From contig JAYWIR010000005.1 in assembly GCA_036172245.1 (NCBI GenBank), forward strand, positions 1-64,000: 64,000 bases of DNA, in the 5' to 3' direction. Position 1 is the first letter of the stretch. Every line of letters begins with the position of its first letter. This DNA is from Raillietiella orientalis (lineage: Eukaryota). The translations under genes and the position numbers were made by a program. This document shows positions 23,833-37,229 of this stretch, one piece after another. Below the pieces are notes generated by a model that searched no databases, was not told the origin of the DNA, and was given only the letters and a program-made list of their open reading frames with translations.

Positions 23833-25903
23833 AACATTTATGAGCTCATTGCAGTAGCAGTACGATAACAGGGGTTTGGCTTTCGAGGGAGACTTCCTCG
23901 ACCTTGAAAGGAAAGAGAATTTCCAATCTTTTGGCGAATGAAATTCGCATCCAGGTTGGCTCCAAAATCCTCCAAAAAAGTCTAGGAGTCTCGCATAGAG
24001 AAAGCAACTGAATTTCGAAGAAATAGATGGAACATGATTCTGCGAACACTGTGAACGGAGTCACGGGCGATCTGCCACTTTTTATTCGGTAGGCGATCCC
24101 CTTCTTGGCGATGGAACCGGGTGCAGCTGCTCACTGAGTGAACTTCTGTGTAATGGAATGCGGCTTGCATTTCCAAACGTTCCTGCATTGCACTGAATTC
24201 CGAAAAGCGGTCATAAGATTTATTGATAAGACATAGCTTTATATTGTGCCTGATTACATTTTTATGACAGATTGCGAGTGGTTCATTGGTGTGGATAAAA
24301 GTGAGCAGCTCGTGCCATTTTTCTGTGATCTTAGACTACAAATTGGGATGCTCATGTGCAACCTCCGTGGTTGCCCAATGCTGCAGAAAGTTCATAAGCA
24401 GTCCTTGGCCAGGGTTTCTGTTTCCAACTCCATAAAACTCTGCCTATTCATGTGATGTAAATAATCCATGCATTGTTTTACTAAAGCTTAGATACTTAGA
24501 TACTTTACCCGTTCTTGGCCTGATTTTTTTTTTTTTTGCCTACATCCAGTGTTGCATGGGTAACATATACTTGAGAACGTACCGTTTGCTGCGCGCAGGT
24601 TTGAAAACACTCAAAGACATTGCATCCAGGAGGTGACCTTGCAACTGTCCACGGAGGGAAGCAATATTGGCAGCACTTATTGACAATTCGTGAATGTTGT
24701 GCCCATTGAGGTGCAATCTTTCCTTACGAAGAAGAACCGAACGGAGTCGCTGTTTCATCCGTGAAAAAGAGGATTGGTTCGAGGCTCTTCTTGCGTCAGG
24801 AACCAAAGCATCCTGTGGCCTTGCTCGCAAAGTATGCATGGAATGCATTGGAACGCGAGTACTTTGCACAATGCTGAGGTCGAAATTTGATTCCATCGCC
24901 CGGTGCTAACGAGGGCAGCAGAGCGGTTCTTCAGATTTACGTTCAGATGATGGTTTCGTAAGGTGCGGACTGGACGCAGCAAGTGCCGACATCACTTTAT
25001 GCTGGGCGAGCTAGTCCCATCCTCGAAACATCCCGTGCGATCATGATGCTTCACTCCCCCTATAGCCTTCAAGGATAATGCACTTTATTGGGTTCACATC
25101 CGCAGCTCTCGTCATTTGTTGAGACTTCTCAGACCATCATTTCATCTCAAACGCATCCCGATTGCGAATGAGCTTCTCGCAGTCGGAAGTTCTTCTCAAG
25201 AAGCTGCTGCCCAAGTCCAGCATGAACCACGTTTAGTGCTTTTTTTGTGGTCCCCGCGTTAGCATGAATTGCAAAATGCTTAATCATGGCTGTGTTTTAT
25301 GTGCAGTCGGAAGTGCTTTCTTGAACGTGTTGGCAGATCTGGCTTTGCTACCTGGAATTCGGAATGCCTTTGGTTCCTGCAGAAGGCGAATCGACCCTTC
25401 TTCTGGCAATAGAAAGGAATTCCGATAGCAATTGGAAACCTCCCGAAAGTGGATCTTGAATCATGATCTCGGGAATCGAGCGGGGACTCGAATCTCGAAT
25501 CATAATCGAGGAATACCCAGGCAGCATGGTCCTGCAAAGAAAGTGTAGTTTGTTCCTTGTTTCAGGACTGGGGACGCAGGGTGGTTGGGTTACAGGATTG
25601 CTCTGTGTCTTTGGATTTGCGCGCAGTTGTGCACGAGCCTTCTTTAAAGGCACTGCTGCTATCTACATGTTCTCATGTTGGGTTTGGAAAGTGCTTCTAA
25701 AATTTGTCCATTCGTATGCTAAAGGATTTCAAAATGATGATTCTAAGCGGTGTGAACTTGGGGGCTGATGTCTGGGACTTGAGGCAACAGGAGACTACCC
25801 GCAAAACGGTATGGGCAGCGCCTCTGTTGGGCTTTTGCAAGTCCTCTAATTGAAACCCAACTCTTTTTAAACGCAATCACTGCATCCCTTTGTAAACCGC
25901 TCG

Positions 25904-25938
<35 letters not shown>

Positions 25939-26222
25939 TTGACTGTTTGCAATGTCGTCTTGACATTTTTTTTTTTGTCAGAACTTATGCTTTCGCAATG
26001 TCTTGAGAAAATCAGTAGTGGAATTCTTTGACATTTCTACTCCATACTGAGCATCTTGGTAAGGATTTACACTTACACTGAATTACCTCCTCAGTTCGCT
26101 GCGTATCTGAATCGAAAGCTCACTCTGTCAGGCAATTTTTGCTTGTTGTGTGTTTCCCAGTGTTTCACTGCAGTAGATGGAATGCATTCGAAGTGTTTGA
26201 TTTGGAAATCCAGTTTCACAAT

Positions 26223-27080
26223 AGCAGACCCTGGCTCGACTTCCCATTCTAGCGGAGCTCTAAGAACGGATGGAAAAATTGAGCTGAAACGGTGTGGTAG
26301 TTACGGTGGTCTCCGCGCGTGGCGCCATGCGTCGTGGGTTCAGAGTTCACCCCACAAGATGATGCTGGTAGGCCTACATTCATCCGGGTGCGGCACTGGT
26401 AGTTGTTAAAACCGGATGCCCCCGATGAGGGCCGGGACAAATGGGAATCGACCTCCGGGTACTTCCAGGAATCAAGCAGTGGGAGCTTCCCTCCGGCTGT
26501 GAAGGTGCGGACCTCCCATTCCGGGGGGACCCTCCGCGTCGCACTGATGGAGTAGATGTGTCGCCACCACCTCTCCAGAGAGTGCAGGAAAGCGAGCCGA
26601 TCCCTTCAGGGAAGCTGCGTCCTTCTGAATGTCGGAAGCATCCCTTCTGGGTTCTCTTCAGAGGAGTAAAAACAGGAGAGGATCCCTTGCGGGGATCCCT
26701 CCGGAGAAGAAATTCCAAGATCGGATCCTTTCCGGGTTCCCTTCAAGAAAAACTGGAGCGGACTCCTCCAAGGGTCTCTTCGGAGAGAATAAGGAAGGAG
26801 GATTCCCTTCTGGATTCCCCTTCGTAGACAACCAGGGTGGAGGTGATCTCCATTTCCGGGGATCCTTCCCCAGGCGTGAGAGGAACGGACTCCGAGTCCT
26901 TCCTGGATTCATGGGTGGATCCTTCCCGGGGTACCCCTATCTTGAAGAATTACTCACCCTCGCGTGGCGTGGAACCGTGTCGAAGAACTGCGACAACAGG
27001 AAAAAAAAAGCAGACCCTGGCTCGACTCCCCATTCTAGCGGAGTTCTAAGAAAGGATGAAAAAATTGAGCTGAAACGGTG
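26223..27080 (+). repeat. 72-bp direct repeats (26223-26294 and 27009-27080) flanking a SINE copy: long target-site duplication
   Basis: agcagaccctggctcgact(t/c)cccattctagcggag(c/t)tctaagaa(c/a)ggatg(g/a)aaaaattgagctgaaacggtg occurs on both sides with 4 mismatches in 72. Confidence 0.9.
26295..27008 (+). mobile_element. tRNA-derived SINE copy (single B-box head) with A tail
   Basis: Head ggtctccgcgcgtggcgccatgcgtcgtgggttcagag, conserved core (gatgatgctgg..ccgggtgcggcactggtag..accggatgcc), sub-repeated body, 3' block cttgaagaattactcaccctcgcgtggcgtg..gtgtcgaagaact, then an A run. Confidence 0.8.
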
Positions 27081-27133
27081 CAAAGAGCAGCAGTTGGCGA
27101 TCGCCAACTGCTGCTCTCTGCACCGTTTCAGCT
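27068..27133. repeat. 66-bp spacerless palindrome
   Basis: agctgaaacggtgcaaagagcagcagttggcga|tcgccaactgctgctctctgcaccgtttcagct: 33-bp arms with one mismatch. Confidence 0.95.
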
Positions 27134-30100
27134 TCTGTGAGATGAATCTCCATTTGAAAGAAACCTTTGCTGCACCTCCCATGCTACCAGACTCTGAGAG
27201 AAATTTCTCAACTCAGTGGTGGATCAGATGGAATTTTCGCGGAGGGGTGCAAAGGGTTGATGTGTGGGAAAAAGGTAGAGCATAGGAAGCTATCTTTAGT
27301 CAAAATTTATGAGTGCATGAGGGGACATCCTTTTGAGCGCCCAGCCGATCGTCCTTGTAATCGGTGCAGAACTTGGCTTTTTCAAGCTTCTAACTGATGG
27401 AACAAGAGCCATCACACTCTTCTCAATAAGAGGATCTTGAAAACTGGAATTATAACCAATCCAAGAACACTTGCATGGACGTAGTGAGAGAACCTGTTCA
27501 AACTTTCTGGAATATTAGAAAATTCCATCACTTTGTAAGCAGCCATCATGGGTTCATCGCCTGTTATCATCACCTGTTGGATTTTGTGCCCAAGTGCTGC
27601 GATTCTTAAAGGCAGTGGCGTCAGTTTCTGCTGAAGTATTCGAACCCGCGATGCATCCTTGAAGTCAGTTTTCTCTTGCTTTATCTACAGACGTTGTATG
27701 AGCCTAGCTGCAAGGAAGCGTGCAATCCATCAAATAAACATTCTTATTCCTTAACCAACTCTTCTTCGTGAACTTATCGAGATTTGCAATTCTGGGTTTT
27801 TTTTTTTCTGGATTATTATAAAACCCTGAGCCGAAGGGTGTTCTGGCTCTTATTCCAGCCACTGTCCCAGATACATTGCAACTTCTCTTCCTCTTGGTGT
27901 CTGTCTTGAGCCCTAGGAACTTGTAACTCTAACCTCTTTAAAGTGAATCGTCGAAAGCATCTCTTTTGTTGTTGGAGGAACGTGGTAATCGGGATCCTAC
28001 TCTACTGTCTGAGGTTGGTAAGTGTCTGTTAAGGTTTTCCCTCCAGGAATCTTCTCAGACTGCATGCAGCCAAAAGTCACTGAAGAAAAGCTAGACAGAG
28101 TGTTGTAACAGCAAACGGAAGAAACACGTTGGTACATCAGGGTGGTTTGAATGGGGATCGCAAGATTCGAATGAAGGCATTCAAGAAAACATACACACAC
28201 AGGTAAGCCTGATAGCATTTTGATAGAGAACTAGAACAGGGAATTGACGATCTCATCGATGATGAAGGAGCAGATGCTTACAGGATCGGAAACAACGGCA
28301 TCAGTAACAGATGTGTGGGCTTGCAATGTGAATGGACCTGATGTGGTTGCTGTAAGGACGGATGTCCCGAAAATGAAAACCTCCCGTTGAAAATTGTGGT
28401 TCATTGGGGAGTAATGCCTCAGGGGTGAAGCGTTCGTGCCAAAGAAACTGGTCTATCCAAGTCCAGGAAACAATCACAGAAATCCCTAAAGAATCCCTCG
28501 CGCAACTATACACGAAATTCTCGAGTCTGCCTGATTTCCTACAAATAATGGTAGGCTCCTACTAGGAAGTAGAAACTGACCAAACCAAAGTGAACAAAGG
28601 TCATGAAGTAGACAGAAGCGCTTATGAAGGTGCTACAGGTTTCTAAAGGAGCACGAATACCTAATGGAACCTCTCGGACTGTCTCTAGGAATGTCTTAGG
28701 TCACCTATTAAACCCATCAATCTGCAAAGCATGTGATCACGGCAAAAGGGAATTCTATTCTAAGGTTTCGCATCATATAAGCCCTCTTTGCTGCACCAGC
28801 ATCCTTGCTACACTTGCGTCAGATTTGCGATCGGCGGTTTCTTCTCATGGCTTCCGTGCTCCAAGAAATCAGTACCGCGATACTCTCTAAGAAGCCACTA
28901 AGACATGATATTTCTCAAGTCATTGTGAAGAGCGGAAGCTGCGACGTGAGAAACTCTGGGAACCACCAAGCCTTCTCATAGATCTTGTGAGAAAAGCATC
29001 TGTTCAACCCGAGATCACACCGTTGTCTCGATGCTCGCCTGGGAGATGAGAGAGAACGTATTCAAGAATTGGTGCCGGATTCCAGCAAAGTCTTTGCAAA
29101 CGCCTGCGCGCCTTCAGACGACGTTTTTTTTTTTTTTTGGAGTTTCGTCACAAGCAAAGATCTTTGAGGAATTTGATTTCAGAAATTTGATTATTCCGGA
29201 GGATTGGCATGGAGGGAACCGTGCTCTTCGATTGGTACGGTTTCATGATGTCGCGTCCTGCATAATTCCGCGGTAGGTGTAAAGCGCCAGCAAACCGACT
29301 TCCCTGGACCCAAATCCGGGAATTGGCCTGCGTAACAAACACACAGCGCGCCGTTTCTTCCCTAATCCTGAGGAAGCTCACGAATGGATCCTGGCACGGT
29401 CCACGAAATAGGGTCAGAGCCCAAACCACTTCCCATAAAGGTTTCTATCCGAACGTGCTTGAAAACCATCTTCCAGTTTTGGCGAGTTCTGTCTTCAAGA
29501 GATACGCAAAGCGCGCTTGTGGGAGAGATCAGTCAGCGTTGCATCTGAGGCCGCTTCCGATCGGCCTTGAAGCTGTGTGAACTTGACGATCGAGAAGCGA
29601 AGCTTGGTTAAACGGTCTCCCTTGGAAACTGCACACCTCTCAGAGACAGCAGTGCAAGATTAGAGGAAGCCTTGAGCCAACTGGTGAGCTACTCACCCCA
29701 TGATCCCTTACCTTTCCAATGTCAGGTTTCTTTGGGAAAGATTGCGTGCTCGGACACGATGAATGACCTGGTGATGGACCGATGATGTTGAAAAAGAAGG
29801 AAGGTTCGTGTCGTCGATTCAAATGCCTTCAAATCGCGAGCTACCTCCGGTATCCAGGGTGAGTGGTGGATGCCTGGGTGCCAGTTCGTTTGCTGTGCGT
29901 CCCTGCGAGCGTTCTCTTCGTCTTTGTGCGGCGGCCCACACGTCGGCACGTGGTCTCTGGGCAGCTCAACAGCTTGTGAAGACATCCTCAGGCTGTTTAT
30001 GCCATTTCTTATGCACGAGTGAGGGGAAGGTCGTGTGTTGAAAGCACGACTTGGTCTTTGCTGGACCCATTAACAAAACACACGCACTGATGTTGGGTGT

Positions 30101-30317
30101 TCGTGAACGGATGCTCCGAGCGTCCGCAACAAGACAAAAAGCACGTGGAGTCTGCCGCACGCAGCGGTGCTTTTTTCAAGTGCAGCGGACAAAAAAAAAA
30201 AAAAAAAACTCCCTGGCTTCTCATCTCTCACCCCATCCCTCGATCGGCGACCCGATGCTCCTTGAACCCGCGCAGCCTTCAAGTTCCATGATGCAGGGCG
30301 ATCGTGTTCTGGTTCCC

Positions 30318-31030
30318 CTTTTTTTTTCTAGCGGTTCGCAAAGTCCTGAAGAACCGTTCGCCCTCCTTATGGAAGGGTCTCACGAAACTCTTTAACAGTG
30401 CTCACGCCACCAGAGGGTGAGTGTAGTAACGCTTCAAGTTAGGGGACACCTCGGTAGGGGACCACCCCACGGATCCATGGAGGTTCCTGAAAAGGAAAGG
30501 GTGCGTTCCTCTTACGCATGGTTGATCCCTTGCTCTTTCTCTCCGAAAGAAAACCTCCCCGGTTTGGCAGAGGCGCTTCTGCTTATTTCACCTCCGGAGG
30601 GAACCCGCTCTCAAGCGAACTGCTCCTGGTTTCCTTCTCTGAAGAGAACCCCGAAGGAGGTTCCCTGAAGAGAGCACGCTTCCTGACACTTGGAGAGGCA
30701 AACTTTTAACAGTTCCATGGAACGGATCCCTTTTCACAACCGGAGGGGAACTTGGAAAGGAACTGGTTCCTCGAGATCCCTGGAAGGACCGCGGAGCTTG
30801 GTTAAACGGTTCCCGGACGGTCAACTAGGGCATCCTGGGGTTTCCGGCTTTTAGAAGTGAGGCATCTGAAGCCAACCGAGACCATCCAGTGTCATCCTGA
30901 GGGGGGGGGGCTTGGAATCCACAACGCCCCCCTCCTCGACTCTCAGCGTCGATCCTCGACATGGGGATTAGAACCCGGAACGTTGGGTACCACGCGCGGA
31001 GACCGTGGCCACACGGCCGCCAATGCGGGC
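30318..31030 (-). mobile_element. tRNA-derived SINE copy, near full length
   Basis: T tract (tail) at 30318, reverse-complement 3' block (gaagaaccgttcgcc..cacgaaactc..tgctcacgccaccagagggtg), body, and reverse-complement head ggggattagaacccgg..ccacgcgcggagaccgtggccacacggccgccaatgcggg. Confidence 0.8.
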
Positions 31031-31149
31031 TGTCGTGCACTTCTTCGGTCCTAACCAATGCCTCGATCCACCATCACCGTGGTGGACAACCTTGCGGGCA
31101 TTCGAAGGAGTCGTCCCCAGGGCCTGTGGACGCCAGCCCTCCGCTCTCC

Positions 31150-31660
31150 CGTAATCTCATGGGGGAATAGCGGGATGGATATCAGACTTCCCCGACTTTC
31201 CACCAGATGCTCGCCGCTCAGCAGGCTCCGGGTCTACCCATGTCCTCTCTGTGGTCACTGCACTGATGATTTGATGTCGATTTTCGGGGGGTCATCAACT
31301 GGAAGGAATGGATACCGCTAGAGGGGAACGACGGGAAGTCGCGAGTTTCGAGCGTAGAACTGCAAGCTGGGCATCAGTTGGAGGATCCATAATGCGCGAC
31401 TTTCTTCCCCCACCTTCACGATCCACGTGGAGGCCTAGAGAGTTATCCCGAGCCAGGAAGACCGTCGGGCTCGTCACGTGCGAAGGCGCGCCCCACGGTG
31501 CCGCAGCCAGCCAGGCGTGAGCGCGAGCGAACGCCCAGAGCGCGCGCAGACCTGCCACGCTCCAGATGGCGCAGCAAGCGGGAGCCTCCCTCCCTCGCCG
31601 TCCCGGAGCGGACCGGGAAGCCTCCATCCATCGGGACTCTCCAAAGAGGAACAAGATGTT
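31150..31660 (-). mobile_element. Decayed R4-type fragment (thumb/post-RT)
   Basis: LGLHVDREGGGRKSRIM..QLAVLRSKL (cf. RLY.PR.EGGRGL), followed by SGEHLVESRGSLISI (cf. G.L..ETEG.L.AIQ). Confidence 0.5.
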
Positions 31661-32299
31661 GGGTTGATCTCGTCAGAATGAACCCTGCCAAAGGGAGAAG
31701 AGGGGATAGGAGGAGGGAACCGTCGGAGTAGCACCCTCGAAAGCGGAAGAGTTCCACCGCCCAAGAAACGAAACTCGGGAAGAATCGGAGAGGGCTTGGA
31801 CGGGCGAGGATGAAAGGATTCTCAGAAAACCTCGAGATAAGGAGGCAACGTTCGGAAGGCTGGTAGTAGGGAGGGAGAGGGGGGAGGGTGCAGTCAGCGT
31901 GCTCCAGCAGTCAGCGAGGCGTCCGAGCTCAAGAGCTCAGGAACTGCTCGTGCGCCTGAGGACTTCTGCGGCCCGCGGAACTTCCAAAGAGCCTTCAATC
32001 GACCCGCTCCAAGCGTCCTTTCTGTTGCAAATTTGGCGCAACGTATGCCAGCATCGTTGCAGGAAGAGTGACTACTAAGTGCTTCTATGTACGGTGTCGC
32101 CTACTCACAGCTTTCCTGCTCACCTTGTTGAGAGCTGCTCCTCCAGCCCTCTAGCTTCTTCTAGCCGCAGAGTGGCTTCCTCACCTTTGGATAGTCACCC
32201 TGGGCCAATGGATGCCCCTTGCGCACCAGATGCACGGGGCCAGCATAATGTTGCAAACTTTTTCCCAGTACTGAGTCAACAAAAGGAAAATTAAGAATT

Positions 32300-32800
32300 C
32301 TGGAGTACCGCCAAACCGATGGATGAAGAGAAGTCTCTGTGATCCTCAGATGTACTAGTTGATAAGGAAGTGTGTTCTTCCCGATGACGTCTCGGGACCG
32401 CCTCAGAAAGAAGGGCACGCGGTCCAAGGGTCAGGAGGATAGGTCGCCCTCTCCATTTTCTTCTATTCACGATCGCCGAGATTTTCTTCCTGTCGCCAGA
32501 GGGGAAAAGTCGCAGATAGGAGCGCCAGTGGCGACATCCAGAGTGCCGTATCCGCCTCAACGACACAGCAATGACTGACGAGATGGACCTCTCCCTTGCA
32601 CCTTGGCAGGGGAGTGCCCATCCACGCAAGAAGTGGGTCCCTTGCGGGGATCGACGGGGCTGCAGCGGGCGGGGTCGCTGAGACGCGATGCAGGCACGCC
32701 GAGCGAGGTTGAACACGGCTCGTTCGCCTTGGATCGCTCCCGAGCCAGCGGATCCCGATGGCACCCTCGGGTAGAGCGCCGCAGAGACCTGCATCTCCGA
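32300..32800 (-). mobile_element. Decayed R4-type fragment (CCHC knuckle region)
   Basis: GAIQGERAVFNLARRACI..GTHFLRGWALPCQGARERSISSVI (cf. AIQD..R..I..CR.C..E..H.LSGC..LAQ..Y..RH..V). Confidence 0.5.
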
Positions 32801-34849
32801 AGGGGCGAGGTATCCGTCCCGAAAGACGCTTCGCCCGCAGCCTACCCGCAGGGGGCTTTGCTATTCGCAGCGTTTCCTGTCGCGCGAATCCCCAGCCAAA
32901 GTTGGAGCCCTGCGCCAACTTTTCACGTCGATGGCTCGTCGTCCGCTTCGAGGCAGGAAGCGGAGTCCTTCCCCGCGCCTCCGACTGCCCTAGGCCTTCG
33001 ATTCCTGGGGGCGGAGGGAAGGTTCGTCCCTCGGACCCGGGATTCCCGAACGTGGGCTTGCCGACGGGAGGTCAGCAGGTGAGGGTCAGCGGCGGGAACC
33101 CAGCAGCGCCATCTCGACCGGGACGAACGCCTCCTCACGGACGGAAGGAGGCGACGCGCACCCCGGGGAGTGTCCGCGGGTCTTGCGCGAAGCGGGCGGG
33201 CGAGCCCGTGCCCGCCTCGAAAGCTGCAGCGGCTCGGAGGACTCGCGCAATCTGCTGTTGCGCAAGCTCCTCTCCTCCCCCTCCTCCTGGCGCTCGGATC
33301 TGACGCTCGCCACCTGCCTCCCGTGACTTGGGCCATCCCTGGCAACGGCCCATTGTTCTCGAGCCTTTCTCTTCCCGAATCCCTCCTCCGTCCACCTTTG
33401 CCGCCGCCGCGCCTCAAGGGACGCCCGGCCTCTTCTCTTTCACCTTGAGGGAGGGCGCTGCTGCTACTGCTGCTGCTGCGGCTGCGGTGCCGCGGAGCCC
33501 CGTGGGCGGAGAGCGGGAGGCCCTATCGGTGCCTGAGGCCTCCTGGGAGAGGAGAGGGGCCACTCGCTCCCCCTGACAGGGACTCTGTCTCCTGCCCCGG
33601 CTTCCGGACCGCCGCCCCATCCGGCCCTCCCGGGCGGAGCACCCGAGGCGCCGCTTCCTTCGCGTTACAAGGGGCGGCTGGGGGACGGCTCGCCTCCCAG
33701 CAGGGGCGGGAGGAAGGGAGAAGGAGCACCATCTCTAGCGCTAGCGAGGACCTCGGTGGATATCGTGCTGCTGCTCCTCCGAGCGGGCAGGGTAGGAAAG
33801 AAGGGCGGGGAGGGATCTCCCAGAGCGTCCCGGCGGGGAAGGCGGAGTTGGGGAGCAGAGGGGCAGCTGACAGGCGTCCCGGGTCCCTGAGCGCACGGAA
33901 GGCCGACTCTTCAGGCCGACAGGGCGCCTCCGCCTTCCTTTGCCCCCTTCTCTCCTCGGGCCCCACGCGAGCGCACAAATAACCCCCGCACGTCCGCGTG
34001 CGTGCGCGTGCGCGCAATTCGCGCGGTGTGGCCCTGGAATACCAGAACCTCCGAGGTGCGGGCCGAGAACAGAGCTCCTTCCCTCCCCCTCCCTCTCCTC
34101 TTTCTCGGCACCCATCGAGGGCAGGAAGGGGGGGGAGGAGAAGAAGAAGAAGACGAAGAAGGGAAAAAAAAAAAAAAAAAAACGCCGCCGCCGTCTCTGC
34201 CGCCCCTCGCACCTCCGCCTCTCTCGACGGAGTCTGCGGATCGCCCGGAGAAAGTGGTCCCGCGCGCTCGCATCAGTCACGTCGGGTCCAGCGCCTGAGA
34301 TTTCTGGTTCAGAGCAACGGCGGCAGGAAGGTCCAGATCTTCTGCGCAACTTCACGCCGACTGCTGCGGCTGTGGAACTTTGCGCCTGGAAGCCGAGGGG
34401 ACCCCGCAGCGACCGCCGACGCACTGGGAACGCTCCCGAGAGAGATCCATCCCTGTGGAGGACAGATGGACCACCTCGCGATCGGAAGTTGAGCGGCCCG
34501 TGCTCCGAGCTCGTGAGGTTTTCCCTGACGCGCAGTCCGAGGAAGAGGCTACCTCAAGTCTGCAGGCGACTCCAGGAAGCCAGTGGGGGTCATCCGCCCC
34601 CAGCACCGGTTACACCCCCGGGACTCGCCCCGGCAGGATGGACTGCAGGTAAAGGGCAGGTGGCTGAGGGGCGCGCCTCGGGAGTGCCAGGGTGGCCAGA
34701 ACGACGTGCGCGCGTGGGCCGGGAGATCCGGGACGGATGCCCCGAGGCGGCTCAAGGTCACCTCGCGTTTTTCTTCCTCTCCTGGCCAGAAGGGGCGCGC
34801 GCAATATCCCAGTGCGTTTTTCCCGCACTTCTGCCGCTGTGGGGCGGGA

Positions 34850-35520
34850 GGCGACCCGGACAGCCGTGGACAAGGAGGGCTGGATGGGCTCCCTCCTCCA
34901 ACTGCGCTCCTTGAGCGAATCAGGGACTTTACAGGCGATCCCTGGAGGCGAAGGCCGCTCGCCCATGCTGCGCCCGGGACCGGCGAGCAGCGCCTCCCGT
35001 CTGCGGGGCTGCGAACGACCTCGCGGGAGTGGGATCGCGTCCCTGGGAGTCAGCATGCTCCCTACAGGGCGTCCACGGTCACCTCTGGAGGGACCGGGCC
35101 TGCCCGCCCTGGATGCCTCCTCGTTACGCACTTCCTCCCCCGCCCGCATCGTAGCGCTCCGGCCGCGCCCTCATATCCCTCCACCCAGTCATTTCCTGGT
35201 CCCTGGTCGTAGTCCCTAGCGTCCAGAGGCCCGTGGGACCGGATGCATCCCGTAGGTCGCGTCGTCCTCGCGTTTCGTCGGTCCGCCGGCGGTCGGTCGC
35301 CACTGGGCCGCACCGTCCACGTCTCGTTAGCCCACAGGCACCCCTTGACGACCGCCAGCGATCGATGGCCAGCCGCGGGCATCATCGGGACGAGCTGCAG
35401 ATGCAGAGCAATGCGCCGGCCGGACGCATTGCTCAATCGGAGTACGCACAGTCGTTTCGTCGACAGCTTTCGGCGGGTGGGTGGCGCAGCACGCACGAGC
35501 GCTCGTGTCAGAGTTCAAGA
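34850..35520. mobile_element. Two abutting decayed R4-type fragments (34850-35150 +; 35200-35520 -)
   Basis: Plus: AVDKEGWMGSLLQLRSLSESGTLQAI..SRLRGCE..IASLGVSML (cf. VDKE.SW.WL..L..ETEG..AIQ..CRLCG..SGC.ML). Minus: KRLCVLRLSN..VVKGCLWANET..DRRNARTT..G..H..D.RDY (RT thumb-like). Confidence 0.5.
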
Positions 35521-37229
35521 GTGACTTCGTCCATGGCTGGCACCAGCGCTCCTGCCACCAGCGTCCGTCTCCTTCTGCCGTCGGTCTCGGGGAGACCCTC
35601 CGGACGCTCGGCCCGCGGGCTTCTCCGCCAGGAGCTGCCCGTTCCCTCTGCGAGCGCGTGCGCACACTCACGGGGACTAGAGCGAAGCCACGTCGCCCAG
35701 AAAGGAAGGAAAGTTGCCGGCAGTTCTGGCCTCTCCCCCCCCCTCTCTCTCTCCTTCTCTCTCTCTCGTCGTCGTCGTCGTCCGCCCTGCCGCGAGCCGA
35801 CTCGGGTCATTCGTGACCAGAAGGTCGAGTCGAAAGGAAGAAGAAAAAGAGAAACTTCCCGCTGGAGGTCCTGTGCACGGCCCGCCGGGCACGAGAACCC
35901 CGGCCGAAGAAGCTGGCGGCCGCGCGCCTCGTCGGCAGCTACCAGGAGGCGAGAAGACGGGCGTCCCCGGAGTAGCAGAGAAGAGCGCGGAGGTCATGAC
36001 CATCCGTTCGTGATGGCGGCGGTGGACGACGCACGCGGGTTCCAGGAGGGACGCCGCCGCGGGCTGAAAGAGGAGCCATCGAAGGGGGTGATCGCTGTCC
36101 ACCCACCTCCCTTTTCTTCATCCTTTTTTTTCAGAAAGGCGCGCGCCAGCGCCTTTCGAATCGGGCAGAGCGACGTCTTCCCCATCCGGACGCACCCCTT
36201 TCGCTCTTCCCGGCTTTCGGTCGGAAGATACCAAACTAGCAACAGAGCGTGAACGGATGAGGTCGGCCCCGGTCGTACGTTAGCGAGGTTTCCCCTCCCT
36301 CTTGGAGTTCATTCCCTCGCCTGTGGGCAGCTTTCCTCTTTGCACCCCGTGGTCGCATCCCCTCTTCGTCTCCATGCCTCGCATCCTCTGGGCCGCCCCC
36401 CGAGGGACGGGAGCCGACAGGGTTGCTCCGTCCTGTTCTAGAATTCCTAGCCCTCCAGCACGAGTATGTGCACGAGCGGGGGTAAGAGGGGTCTTGGGAT
36501 TGCGGCGCATCCGAGAGACGCTGAAACCGCGCGCGCGTCCCTGTCGCAGGTGGTGTCGCGGAAGCGCAGGGCACGCCGCCGCTCGACCGAGGGTCGGAGG
36601 GCGTCCAGGCCCTTCGCCAAGCCCCTACCGCCCCCCCCCCGGCGCGGGAAGGGGGCTGAGGTGGCGTAAGGTCCTTCGGCCTCGGTCTGCAGCGTGTGGC
36701 CGGGGAGCGCGTCGGGAAGGTGCCAAGGAAAAAAAGGCACTCCGAACGGAAGAGTTCCCGCCTCTTCCCAGCGCAGCTTCCCGTTCCTGAGACCGCCCAG
36801 CGAGCTTCCCCTCCCTCTTCCTCCGCAGAGGCCAGGTGTGGGACCGCCGGAAGCTTAAGAAAGGTGGCTGTTACCACCGGCTTCTGGTCCGGAGGAATGC
36901 GACCTACCCGGTAGCTGCAGGGCGCCAGCCGGCTGCGGAAGGCGCCTCTCAGAGGACGCCGGTCGCCCCCTGAGCCTCCGACCGCGGCCTTCTAAGAGTG
37001 GAGGAGAGAGACCGCTCCAGGGATGGCCTTTGGGGAAGCGTCGCCAGGATGAGGCTGGCACGAGACTCAGCGCTGCGACCTCTCGGTGGTGCCGTCCGCC
37101 GAAATGAGGAGCGAAGCTGAGAGGACGCGATCCCGGGGCTTTGCTTCCAAAAAAAAAAAAATCCTTGGGGACCCGCGGTGGTCAGAGGGCACCTCGGTCA
37201 GTTGGCGGACGCTCCGGCCTTCTTGAGAT

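Noticed and set aside
25904..25938. Poly-T followed directly by poly-A (self-complementary)
   Set aside because: Simple homopolymers, common throughout the window and prone to length error.
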